Assembly: GCA_965140785.1 (NCBI GenBank) | Contig: OZ223519.1 | Span: 96,001 to 160,000, forward strand | Length of the DNA: 64,000 nt | Direction: 5' to 3' | Origin: an uncultured Ruficoccus sp. | Lineage (GTDB): Bacteria > Verrucomicrobiota > Verrucomicrobiia > Opitutales > Cerasicoccaceae | Part shown: in pieces, positions 19,694 to 28,962 of the stretch | Layout of the letters: every line of letters begins with the position of its first letter | How positions within the stretch are numbered: the first letter of the stretch is position 1 | The notes under the pieces: generated by a model | What the model was told of the DNA's origin: nothing | The model's database searches: none | The model's input: the letters and a program-made list of their open reading frames with translations, nothing else | Position numbers and translations under genes: made by a program

Positions 19694-19740
19694 GCCCTAT
19701 AATTAGGGGTATTTTTTTTAAAATCCACTAGATATAGTGA
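19694..19740. promoter_or_regulatory. Tandem NrdR boxes
   Basis: CCACTAGATATAGTGA (19725-19740) and the weaker GCCCTATAATTAGGGG (19694-19709), 31 nt apart, upstream of nrdD. Confidence 0.7.
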
Positions 19741-19859
19741 TTTTGGGCATCTAGAAGCTCTGCTGAGTGGAGTGAGAACGAATGCTTTTAGTGGGCGGAA
19801 AGGGCGCTTGACACTGAACACATTTTCAATATACATATGTGCATCTTCCGTTCCCTGCC

Positions 19860-20492
19860 ATGAAAGACCTGACCACCCGGCAACACGAAATCCTGGGGTT
19901 CATCCAGCTGCACTTCCGGCAGGAGAACTTCTGGCCGAGCATCCGCGAAATCCAGACCCATTTCGGCTTCCGCAGCACGAACGCGGTCATGGGGCACCTG
20001 CGCGCCCTCGAGCGCAAGGGCTACATCAGCCGCGTGGCCGGACAGGCGCGGGCCTTCCGCGTCACCTATGACGATGGGGAGACGCGCCCGGAGAATTCGA
20101 CCGATGTGATCGACATTCCGATCTTTGGTCACATCGCCGCCGGGTATCCGGACGGCGTGGAGACGGGCGGCGAGATTGGCCGCCTCCAGATCGATGTGGA
20201 GACCGCCGGGGTCCGGCGCAACCGCCGCGCCTTCGCCTTAAAAGTGCGGGGCGAGAGCATGATCGGGGCGGGGATTTTTGATGGCGATATCGTTATCGTC
20301 GAGCCCGGCCTGCCCAAGCACGGTGACATCGTGGCCGCCCTCATCGACGGCGAGACGACCTTGAAACGCTTTATGCAGAAGCCCGGCCACCCGCCCTATC
20401 TGAAGGCGGAAAATCCGGACTATCCGCAACTGCATCCGGTGGCCGAACTGATCATCCAGGGCCTGGCCAAGGCGGTCGTGCGCAGCCTTTGA
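19860..20492 (+). CDS. lexA: LexA repressor
   Basis: LTTRQ...PSIREI wHTH, IAAG cleavage site, GESM (Ser) and TLKR (Lys). Confidence 0.95.
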   Translation: MKDLTTRQHEILGFIQLHFRQENFWPSIREIQTHFGFRSTNAVMGHLRALERKGYISRVAGQARAFRVTYDDGETRPENSTDVIDIPIFGHIAAGYPDGVETGGEIGRLQIDVETAGVRRNRRAFALKVRGESMIGAGIFDGDIVIVEPGLPKHGDIVAALIDGETTLKRFMQKPGHPPYLKAENPDYPQLHPVAELIIQGLAKAVVRSL

Positions 20493-20625
20493 TTTCCTCA
20501 CGATGCCGATGAACTAATCGTTATCGGCGAAAGCACGTGAGTTCATCGGAACGGATTTTTTTGAGGGGTCCTTTCGTCTGGCTGCCGGGGCGACTCTCTT
20601 ACCCGGTTTAGGGGGAAGGCGTACT

Positions 20626-21009
20626 TTACTGCCTTTCCAGTTCGGCCAAACGTTTGCGCAGGGCGGCCTTTTCTTCTTCGACGGACAGCGGATGCGGAGG
20701 CAGGGGCCCGGCAGGCGGGTGAGGGCCGTCGATGATGCGGTCACGCGTCAGGTAGACCCCGCTGAACATGGAGGTTTTGACGTGGGCGCGGTGGACCATC
20801 CCGGCCCGGTCCCGATAGACGATTTCGTAGATGCGGTCATTCTTTTCGCCGAACCAGCCCGGGCCGAACGGGTCCCAACTCTTGTCCAGCAGCTCCCCGC
20901 CGCGGTCGCGCACGTATTGCTCCACGCGGTCGCCGTCGAATGAACCGGCCATCAGCCGGATGACGATGGCGAGAAGGATAAATCCGATGAAAAGAAGGCC
21001 GATGCCCAT
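20626..21009 (-). CDS. Hypothetical membrane-anchored protein
   Basis: N-terminal TM helix and C-terminal coiled coil. Confidence 0.65.
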   Translation of the reverse strand: MGIGLLFIGFILLAIVIRLMAGSFDGDRVEQYVRDRGGELLDKSWDPFGPGWFGEKNDRIYEIVYRDRAGMVHRAHVKTSMFSGVYLTRDRIIDGPHPPAGPLPPHPLSVEEEKAALRKRLAELERQ

Positions 21010-21133
21010 CGCAGGTTATTTTTCAGCGAGGCGGGGTTGCCGAGGCTGACTCTACGTTGAAATGAGGAAAATAGGTTGCAGGCTAAGCCTTTTTGACTGT
21101 CAGACCGTGCGGATCAATCGGGGGCAGGGCACC

Positions 21134-21553
21134 CTACTCGCGGGCGAGGGACCCGGCGACGGCAGCGGCGCTGAGGCGGGCGGTGGCGACAGGGGTGGGC
21201 TGGCGCTGGATGGCCGCTGAGCGCTCACGCAGTTCCTGAAAGGAGTTGAAGGTGCTGGCGAAGTACTGGCTCAGGCATTCGCGGGCGAGACGGTCGTGGA
21301 TGCGGACCATTTCGCACAGGAGCTGCCGGGGGAGGATGTCGAGCTTGTCGGGGTCGAACTCCATGATGACCTGAAGCAGGACCTTGGTGGTGATGTCTTC
21401 GCCGGTCTTGGAGTCCTCGACCTGGATGGTGTAGCCTTCGGCCACCATGTCGCGGATTTCTTCGAGGGTGACGTGTCCGCTTCGCGAGGTATCATAGAAG
21501 CGGCGGTTGGGGTAGCGGCGGATGAGGATGGTGTCGATGTCGGTAACTGGCAT
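21134..21553 (-). CDS. PhaR-like DNA-binding domain protein
   Basis: IRRYPNRRFYDT...VTLEEI...DSKTGEDIT. Confidence 0.8.
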   Translation of the reverse strand: MPVTDIDTILIRRYPNRRFYDTSRSGHVTLEEIRDMVAEGYTIQVEDSKTGEDITTKVLLQVIMEFDPDKLDILPRQLLCEMVRIHDRLARECLSQYFASTFNSFQELRERSAAIQRQPTPVATARLSAAAVAGSLARE

Positions 21554-21609
21554 AAGCGGCGTATCAGTGGGGTTGTCTGGGGGTATTGGATGGTCCGTCC
21601 TATTCAATG

Positions 21610-22656
21610 TCAAGGGATGAGTCCCATGTCGCTGGCGACGGAGAGGCAGTATTCGATATTGGTAAATACTACTTCGCCCATGGTTTCGCAGCGCAGAAAT
21701 TCTTTGTTGTCGTGATATTCGGCCAGTTCTTTGCGCAACTGGTGGATTTTTTCCTCTTCGGAGAGGTTGTCCTCGCACATGCAGACCTTGAGGTTGTTGA
21801 GCCGGTAGGGGGCAGTATTGGCACGCCGGGCGATGAGGGCGCGCTCCTCGTTCTGGTACTGGACCATGGTCTCGTAGTTGAGCAGGCCGGTGCACAGCTC
21901 GACCACGGCGAGGTTGTCCTTGAAGAACTGCGGCAGGTAGATGGTGCGGCGGCCCTCGTAGCTTTGCTGGTCGAAGTCGATGGGCCGCACGCGGTACTGC
22001 TCGTCCTCGAAGTCCGGGGTCACGCGCACCACGTAGTTGTAGGCGCGCATGTCCCCGAGCAGTCGCACGAAGCAGCGCTCGTTGAAGCGGATGAACTCCT
22101 TGGCCACACGGACTTTGTTGAGCTCGGGGCGCTTGAAGTAGTCGCGGATAAAAATGTCGCCGGGGATGCCGATGATGTGCTGCTCGATCAGCGTGTCGTG
22201 GTGGACGATAAAGTTGATCGAGTTGGGGGAGAGCAACTCCTCCAGCTCCAGGCCGTAGATGCGGGATGCGTCGGCCTTTTTAACGTAAAAGTAGTCGGCG
22301 TTGTCGTTGTACTGGTTGACAATGCGGATGCGGAAGGGGCAGGAGTTGCCAAAGACGCAGTAGTCGATCCGGTCGATGAGCAGGTGCTCCATCACGCCGG
22401 TGTTCCCGGCGGCCTTGAGCATGGCGTAGATGCGGATCAGGCCCTCGTTGATCCGGCGGAAGGTCAGCGGCTCGTAGAAGACCGTTTCCCAGAGGGTGTC
22501 CTTGCCGTTGCGGTCGGTCAGGGGGACGCCTTGGCAGAACTGCATCAGGTCGCGGTACTCGACGGGTAGCTCACTGTCGCGGTTGTACTGGCGCAAATAG
22601 GAGCGAAAATCCCGGCTAATGGGATAAGAGGGCTTTTTTCTGGAAATGACCTTCAT
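21610..22656 (-). CDS. Hypothetical protein, possible atypical kinase fold
   Basis: YFYVKKAD, LLGDMRAYN and PIDFDQ. Confidence 0.6.
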   Translation of the reverse strand: MKVISRKKPSYPISRDFRSYLRQYNRDSELPVEYRDLMQFCQGVPLTDRNGKDTLWETVFYEPLTFRRINEGLIRIYAMLKAAGNTGVMEHLLIDRIDYCVFGNSCPFRIRIVNQYNDNADYFYVKKADASRIYGLELEELLSPNSINFIVHHDTLIEQHIIGIPGDIFIRDYFKRPELNKVRVAKEFIRFNERCFVRLLGDMRAYNYVVRVTPDFEDEQYRVRPIDFDQQSYEGRRTIYLPQFFKDNLAVVELCTGLLNYETMVQYQNEERALIARRANTAPYRLNNLKVCMCEDNLSEEEKIHQLRKELAEYHDNKEFLRCETMGEVVFTNIEYCLSVASDMGLIP

Positions 22657-22939
22657 CAACGATCGCGACTTCCTGCTGTTCTCAATAGAGTACGAAGGCC
22701 CGCCCGGTGAGTCAAGGCAGGGTGAATTCAAATCGTTTGTATTCGGTACTCGCACTAATAGGGGCCATGCGGGAAGCTGCTTATTGCTCGATCAGTAGCA
22801 GGGGGAGCGGAGTTGGCGTCCTATTTGCTTTGCTAATGGTCCGATTTTGCCAAAGAATTTTGGGAAAATTACAGATGCATGTTGCATTATTTTTACTGAT
22901 TCAGTAAAACCGTTGAAATAGATTTAATAATCAAGTCAC

Positions 22940-24472
22940 ATGGAGGCAACCCTCGACAAATCCAAGTCCCATCTGCCCTTTCCCGTGCTCAGCGCGGAGG
23001 AAGCGGCGGAAATGGTAAACCATAACCAGACCATCGGTTTCAGCGGCTTCACCCCCGCCGGTGCCGCCAAGGCCGTACCGCGCGCCATCGCCGCCAAGGC
23101 CCGTACCGAGCACGAGGCCGGACGTCCCTTTCAGATCGGTGTGTTGACCGGGGCTTCGACCGGTGCCTCGCTCGACGGAGAGCTCGCCCGCGCCAACGCC
23201 ATCTCCTGGCGCACGCCGTACCAGTCGGACTCGAACCTGCGCGCACTCATCAACAAGAATGAGACCAACTACTTCGACATGCACCTCTCGGTCGTGCCGC
23301 AGTACGTGCGCTACGGCTTTTTCGGGAAGGTGGACTTCGCCATTGTCGAAGCCTGCGACGTGACCGCCGACGGCGAGATCATCCTCACCACTTCGGTGGG
23401 TGTCTCCCCGACCTACTGCCGCTACGCCGACAAGATCATCATCGAGCTCAACAGCGCGCATCCGGCAGCCCTGCGCGGCATGCACGACATTTACGAGCCG
23501 CTTGATCCGCCCGCGCGCCGGGAGATCCCGGTTTATGCGGTCAGCGACCGCATCGGCTCAGAGGCCGTCAAGGTGGACCCGAAGAAGATCGTCGGCATCG
23601 TCCACACGAACATCCCCGACGAGGCCCGGCCCTTCAAAGACCCGGACCCGACCACGATGAAGATTGGCGAGAACGTGGCCGAGTTTCTGGCCCGTGAAAT
23701 GCACGAGGGGCGCATTCCGAAGAGCTTCCTGCCGATCCAGTCCGGAGTCGGCAACATCGCCAACGCCGTTCTCGGCGCCCTGGGCGATCATCCGGGCATC
23801 CCGGCCTTCGACATGTACACCGAGGTCATTCAGGATTCGGTCATCGACCTGATGCTGCAGGACAAGATCAAGACCGTCAGCGGCACCTCCCTGAGCGTGA
23901 GCAATGAAAAGCTCCAGCAGATTTACGACAACCTCGACGAGTTCCGCAAGCGCATCATCCTGCGCCCGCAGGAGATATCCAACAACCCCGAGGTGGCCCG
24001 CCGTATCGGTGTGATCTCAATCAACACCGCGATCGAGGTCGATATCTTCGGCAATATCAACAGCACCCACATTCTCGGCAAGAGCATGATGAACGGGATC
24101 GGCGGCTCCGGGGACTTCACCCGCAGCGCCTACCTGTCGATCTTCACCTGCCCGTCCGAGGCCAAGGGGGGCAAGATCAGCGCCATCGTCCCGCAATGCT
24201 CGCACATCGACCACTCGGAGCACTCCGTGCAGGCCGTCATCACCGAGCAGGGCTTCGCCAACCTGCGCTGTAAGAACCCGAAGCTGCGCGCCGAGGCCAT
24301 TATCGAGCAGTGCGCCAGCCCCTCCTACCGGGAGATCCTCAAGGGCTACTGCGAACTGGCCAAGGACGGCTACACGCCGCAGACCTTCGGTCTGGCCTTC
24401 GGCATGCACCAGCAGTTCCTCAAGAGCGGCGACATGCATGACGTGGACTGGAAAGCCCTGATGGGCGAATAA
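22940..24472 (+). CDS. Succinate CoA-transferase (acetyl-CoA hydrolase/transferase family)
   Basis: SGFTPAG, QSGVGN, YTEVIQD and NGIGGSGDF. Confidence 0.9.
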   Translation: MEATLDKSKSHLPFPVLSAEEAAEMVNHNQTIGFSGFTPAGAAKAVPRAIAAKARTEHEAGRPFQIGVLTGASTGASLDGELARANAISWRTPYQSDSNLRALINKNETNYFDMHLSVVPQYVRYGFFGKVDFAIVEACDVTADGEIILTTSVGVSPTYCRYADKIIIELNSAHPAALRGMHDIYEPLDPPARREIPVYAVSDRIGSEAVKVDPKKIVGIVHTNIPDEARPFKDPDPTTMKIGENVAEFLAREMHEGRIPKSFLPIQSGVGNIANAVLGALGDHPGIPAFDMYTEVIQDSVIDLMLQDKIKTVSGTSLSVSNEKLQQIYDNLDEFRKRIILRPQEISNNPEVARRIGVISINTAIEVDIFGNINSTHILGKSMMNGIGGSGDFTRSAYLSIFTCPSEAKGGKISAIVPQCSHIDHSEHSVQAVITEQGFANLRCKNPKLRAEAIIEQCASPSYREILKGYCELAKDGYTPQTFGLAFGMHQQFLKSGDMHDVDWKALMGE

Positions 24473-24649
24473 GCCTTTTTCATAGGTAGATAATTAGGGC
24501 GGGGTGTGGGCTTTTCGGAGCTGGCACCCCGTTTGTTTTTACAGGGGAGGCTGCATTTATGGGCCAAGGATGTGATCTGTCGGGGAAAAGCGTGTCCGCA
24601 CGGAGTTCCCGCTTGATTTAAGGGTGGGATATTTTCATAAAAAACGGCA

Positions 24650-25165
24650 ATGGATGACAGGGACTGGAGCGGGCCACTCGGACACTCGAACTGGCATTCC
24701 CGCCTCCGGCCCCAGCCGCGCTCGGGCTGGAAGCTGGCCTTGGGAATCTTGACCGTCATCGGGATACTGGCTTCGGTGGCACACGAGCTTTTCGCCGTTG
24801 GGTTTGAGCCTTTCGGGGTGGCCTCGGTCGCTCGCCCACTGCACGCGCTGCTGGGGTTGGCTGCGCTGCTGTGGGTCCTGTTCGGCTTTCGGCTCGGCCT
24901 GGTCGCGCTGGTGCTGTGGATCGTGCTGGCGATCCCGATTCTGGGGTTCGACCCGAGCGGAGAGTGGGTGAAGCCGTACTTCTCGCTTCACCTGAGCAAA
25001 TCCCAGATGCACTGGTCGCTGGTCAATGGCGAGAAGGTGCTGACGGCGTACCGGATCGTGGGCGTGAACTTCGCCCCTTTGTTGGCCGCGCTGTGGTTTG
25101 GGATACTTGCGCGCAAGGGCGTGTTTCCGGTGGTGCGCCGCCGGGAGCTGGATGCCTGGAACTGA
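24650..25165 (+). CDS. Hypothetical membrane protein
   Basis: ORF with 3-4 hydrophobic segments. Confidence 0.5.
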   Translation: MDDRDWSGPLGHSNWHSRLRPQPRSGWKLALGILTVIGILASVAHELFAVGFEPFGVASVARPLHALLGLAALLWVLFGFRLGLVALVLWIVLAIPILGFDPSGEWVKPYFSLHLSKSQMHWSLVNGEKVLTAYRIVGVNFAPLLAALWFGILARKGVFPVVRRRELDAWN

Positions 25166-25225
25166 GGGGGCGTTCGCGGTTGCCGGAATGGGTGCGAGGT
25201 ATCCTGAAGGATGCTGGCTGCTCGA

Positions 25226-25267
25226 GCCGGGAGATTCTTCGATTCGCTGCGCTCGCTCAGGATGACA
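25226..25267 (-). repeat. TGTC-tagged REP-like palindromic unit
   Basis: Nearly identical to the right arm of the 41999-42129 element (...TTCGATTCGCTGCGCTCGCTCAGGATGACA). Confidence 0.75.
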
Positions 25268-25332
25268 GCTTATCGACAACAAGGGCCGATCGCGTGAAAG
25301 ACGTCCCGATGGTTTATGCGTGCAAGGGATCC

Positions 25333-25608
25333 TTATGAGTCCGGACGGCCGGGCTGGAAAAGGAAGAGCGCATGGGCGCTTTCCCATAAAAACCAGCCGA
25401 CGGCGGCGACGAGAGCGAGGATGAGGATCGTACGCAGCCAGTGCTTGCGCAGTTCGCCGGGGGTGTACTTGCCGGAGCCCTCGTGGGTGAAGGCCGTGTA
25501 GTTGAAGCGGCGGAAGCGCGAGGGGGGACGCCGACGGCCCGACAGGCGTTGCCGGGAGGAGCGCTGCTGCCGGTAATGATAAAGCCAGCGATAAAATCTG
25601 CGGATCAC
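25333..25608 (-). CDS. Small hypothetical membrane protein
   Basis: Arg-rich N-terminus and one TM helix. Confidence 0.45.
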   Translation of the reverse strand: MIRRFYRWLYHYRQQRSSRQRLSGRRRPPSRFRRFNYTAFTHEGSGKYTPGELRKHWLRTILILALVAAVGWFLWESAHALFLFQPGRPDS

Positions 25609-25742
25609 GAAGAGCGATTATCCGGTTCGCCTGTCCGGATGCAACCACTGGTTTACCTCAGCCGCTGGGCTGCCTTGTTCCGACCGGTGGGCTGCCCGAA
25701 TCCGCTTGCCAGCCACGCGCGCAATGATTGCGATAGCGGCGT

Positions 25743-26522
25743 ATGGGAAAAGTAAGCACCCGTGACATCCGTCAGCTCAAGGGCAAGCGCCCGGTCGTGA
25801 GTGTGACCGCCTACGATTGCGTGACCGCCGGGCTGGCCAGCGAAGCCGGCATCGATCTCATCCTGGTTGGCGACACCCTCGGGGTGATGCAACTGGGCTT
25901 CGAAACCACCGTGCCGGTGACGGTGCCTATGATGCTTCAGGCGACGGCGGCGGTCGTCCACGCCAAGCCCGACTCGCTGGTCGTGGCGGACATTCCCTTC
26001 GCCATCGTGCGGCGCAGCACGGACTTCGTGCTGGAGACCTGCGCGCGCTTCATGCAGGAGGCCGGAGCCGACGCGGTCAAGATCGAGGGCGGCGAGGACA
26101 TCGCCCCGACCATCACGACCCTGACGGCTTCGGGCATCCCCGTGCTGGGGCACATCGGGCTGCTGCCGCAGCAGTTTTACCAGCTCGGCGGCTACCGCAA
26201 GTTCGGCAAGACCGAGGCTGAAAAAGAGCAACTTTTACGCGACGCGAAGGCCTTGCAGGAGGCGGGTGTTTTCGCGATGGTGGGCGAAATGATCGCCGCC
26301 GATACCGCCGCCGCCATCAGCCAGGCCATTGACGTGCCCCTGATCGGGATCGGCAGCGGGGTGGACTGCGACGGGCAGGTGCTCGTCTCGACCGACCTGC
26401 TCGGACTGACCCCCGGGCGCGTGCCGTCTTTCGTCAAGCAGTACGCGAACCTGCGCGAGAGCGTGAAAGGCGCGTTCTCGGCCTATGCGGACGAGGTGCG
26501 GGAAAGGAAGTTCCCCTCATGA
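25743..26522 (+). CDS. panB: 3-methyl-2-oxobutanoate hydroxymethyltransferase
   Basis: TAYD, ILVGDTLG, VKIEGG, GHIGLLPQ and DGQVLV. Confidence 0.95.
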   Translation: MGKVSTRDIRQLKGKRPVVSVTAYDCVTAGLASEAGIDLILVGDTLGVMQLGFETTVPVTVPMMLQATAAVVHAKPDSLVVADIPFAIVRRSTDFVLETCARFMQEAGADAVKIEGGEDIAPTITTLTASGIPVLGHIGLLPQQFYQLGGYRKFGKTEAEKEQLLRDAKALQEAGVFAMVGEMIAADTAAAISQAIDVPLIGIGSGVDCDGQVLVSTDLLGLTPGRVPSFVKQYANLRESVKGAFSAYADEVRERKFPS

Positions 26523-27523
26523 ACATCGCCGTGCTCGGAGCCGGGGCCTGGGGAACGGCCATGGCGCTGCATCTTTCGCGTCTGAACCACCGCGTCACCC
26601 TGTGCCCGCGGCGGATGGACCACGCCCTGGAGCTGGCCAGCGCCCGCGAGAACCGCGATTACCTGCCGGGCTTTTCATGGGGGCCGGACTTGCAGATCGG
26701 GTGCGAGTTCAAGCCTGCGGTGATGGAGGCTGAGTTGGTTATTTTAGCCTGCCCGATTCGGGGGCTGCGGGAGTTTTGCCAGCGCCTGGCCGAGGCGCGC
26801 GAATCCGCCTGGCAGGCGGCCATGCTCGTGACCCTGTGCAAGGGCGTGGAAAAGGAATCTCTGCACGCCCCGAGCGAGATCGTGGCCGAACTGGTGCCGG
26901 ACATCGCGGTGGGCGCGCTCTCGGGCCCCTCCAATGCTGCCGAGGTCGCCGGGGGGAGCCCCACGGCGGTTACGCTGGCCAGCGAGGCCGAGGAGCCCCT
27001 GACCGCCCGGATGCAGGAGGCGTTCAACGGCAACGCCCTGCGCGTGTACCGGTCGGCAGACCTGCGTGGGGTCGAGTTGGGCGGGGCCTTGAAAAATATT
27101 TACGCCATCGGCGCTGGGCTGTGCGACGGGCTCAAGCTGGGCGACAACGCCAAGGCGGCCCTCCTCACGCGTTCGCTGCACGAGATGGTACGGCTTGGGA
27201 TCTCCCTCGGTGGTCAGGCCGAGACTTTCTACGGGCTCAGCGGAGTGGGGGACCTGATGGCGACCAGTTTCGGTGCCTGGAGCCGCAATCGGGGATTCGG
27301 TGAAGCTATCGGCAAGGGCCAGCGGGTGGCCGAGCTGCTCGATCATCGCAAGACCGTGGTCGAAGGATACGGTGCGACGGACGGCTACTGGCGGATTGTA
27401 AAAAAGTGCGGCGCGCGCACACCTATTCTTGATCAACTCCACGACATCCTCTATAAGGAGGTCGAACCCAGAGAGGCGCTGGGTGCCTTACTCGCCCGGA
27501 GCCTCAAACCCGAACACCTCTGA
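26519..27523 (+). CDS. gpsA: NAD(P)H-dependent glycerol-3-phosphate dehydrogenase
   Basis: GAGAWGTA, LSGPS, GALKN and GLSGVGDL. Confidence 0.95.
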   Translation: MNIAVLGAGAWGTAMALHLSRLNHRVTLCPRRMDHALELASARENRDYLPGFSWGPDLQIGCEFKPAVMEAELVILACPIRGLREFCQRLAEARESAWQAAMLVTLCKGVEKESLHAPSEIVAELVPDIAVGALSGPSNAAEVAGGSPTAVTLASEAEEPLTARMQEAFNGNALRVYRSADLRGVELGGALKNIYAIGAGLCDGLKLGDNAKAALLTRSLHEMVRLGISLGGQAETFYGLSGVGDLMATSFGAWSRNRGFGEAIGKGQRVAELLDHRKTVVEGYGATDGYWRIVKKCGARTPILDQLHDILYKEVEPREALGALLARSLKPEHL

Positions 27524-27804
27524 TGGATAACCCGGCCTCTTCCCGCTTCCTCATGGTCGAGCACCGGGATGGTCAGCGGGTGAAGGTTCTGATCCACCAC
27601 TTGGACAAACCCAGGCTCATGGTGGAGTTTGAGCCGCGCTTGGACGGCGAGGGCAAGATAACCGGTGGCGTGCTCAAGCGCGTGTGCGCGGAAAACTCCT
27701 GGAGCGGCAACTACGGCAGCTACACCCGTCTGGTCGGTCAGGCCGAGAAGTTCTTCCGCCGCTCGGTGGAGTCGGGCGTCCCCGTCAACCGCCTGTCGCT
27801 TTAG
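27523..27804 (+). CDS. Hypothetical protein
   Basis: TGATG-coupled to gpsA; codon style matches the core genes. Confidence 0.65.
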   Translation: MDNPASSRFLMVEHRDGQRVKVLIHHLDKPRLMVEFEPRLDGEGKITGGVLKRVCAENSWSGNYGSYTRLVGQAEKFFRRSVESGVPVNRLSL

Positions 27805-27824
27805 CCGGGGATGTTTTTTATTTC

Positions 27825-27952
27825 TTGGGCTTACGCAGCCCAAACCCGCAGCAGCCGCAGGCTGCACTTTCGATGCTGCGCATCGCGTCAGCGTTTGTGG
27901 AAAAGAGTCACGACTCTTTTCCACAAACGCTGAGGGAGCATCAAAAACTGAG
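27825..27952 (-). repeat. Structured intergenic repeat (family A), copy 1
   Basis: Shares CTCAGTTTT(T)GATGCT-[46-nt hairpin]-CGATGCGCAGCATCGRAAGTGCAGCCT with 45816-45946. Confidence 0.8.
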
Positions 27953-28259
27953 TCGCCACCAGAACACATACCGGCATCGAATGGTAGTGAGGGAAGAGCC
28001 GGAGCCCGTTAAGATTCGGAGTACCCAGCATGAAGAGGAAGCCCGAAGGGGCCAGGTCCATAACTTAAACGTTGGACGTTTTCGTTTGGCTGTTTCGATG
28101 AGATGTTTTTCCAGCTGGCAAGATGAGAAACCAGTAGGCAAATTGCCATTGACTGCAAGTTCCCCGACGCGGCCAGAAAGGCGCTGTCCCTGATAGCTGG
28201 TCCAGCCGGACCTTTGGGGCTTGCGCTGGCGGGCGGGGCGGACAACGTAGATGACCTTT

Positions 28260-28922
28260 ATGGCTAAGAAGACCGAAGGGCAGCTGTGGGAACTGCGCAA
28301 ATCCAGCATCCACAATCAGGGCATGTTCGCCGCCAGCGATATCGAAGCGGGCGACCGGATCATCCAGTACGTGGGCGAGAAGATTTCCAAAAAGGAATCG
28401 ACCCGCCGTGCCCTCGAGTGGGAGGAGAAGGCCCGTAAGAAGGGTGAGGGCCTGGTCTATATCTTCGACCTCAACAAGCGCTACGACCTCGACGGAAACA
28501 AGCCCAACAACCCGGCCAAGTACGTCAATCACTCCTGCGATCCGAACTGCGAGGCGGTCAACTACGACGGGGAGATCTGGATCGTCGCCCTGCGCGACAT
28601 CAAGGCCGGGGAGGAACTGGGCTTCGACTACGGCTACGACATCCAGCACTTCATGGATCACCCCTGCCGCTGCGGGTCGAAGAACTGCATCGGCTACATC
28701 GTCGCCCGCGAATACTGGCCCAAGCTGAAGAAGCTTCTGAAAAACAAGAAAAAAGCGGAGAAGGTCGGCAAAAAGGCCGCCAAGCCCGCCGACGAGGAGA
28801 AGCCCAAGCGGAAGAAAAAGGCCGTCAAGAAAACGTCCAAAAAGGCGACGTCCAAAAAGGCGACGAAGAAAGAGAGCGCTAAGAAAAAGAAAGCGGCCTC
28901 CAAAAAGGGTGCGAAGAAGTAA
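28260..28922 (+). CDS. SET-domain protein-lysine methyltransferase with post-SET and Lys-rich tail
   Basis: [29 protein letters not shown] and CRCGSKNC. Confidence 0.9.
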   Translation: MAKKTEGQLWELRKSSIHNQGMFAASDIEAGDRIIQYVGEKISKKESTRRALEWEEKARKKGEGLVYIFDLNKRYDLDGNKPNNPAKYVNHSCDPNCEAVNYDGEIWIVALRDIKAGEELGFDYGYDIQHFMDHPCRCGSKNCIGYIVAREYWPKLKKLLKNKKKAEKVGKKAAKPADEEKPKRKKKAVKKTSKKATSKKATKKESAKKKKAASKKGAKK

Positions 28923-28962
28923 GGCTGCTTTGGCCTGTGTCCGGCCGCGATAGGGCGGGGGA

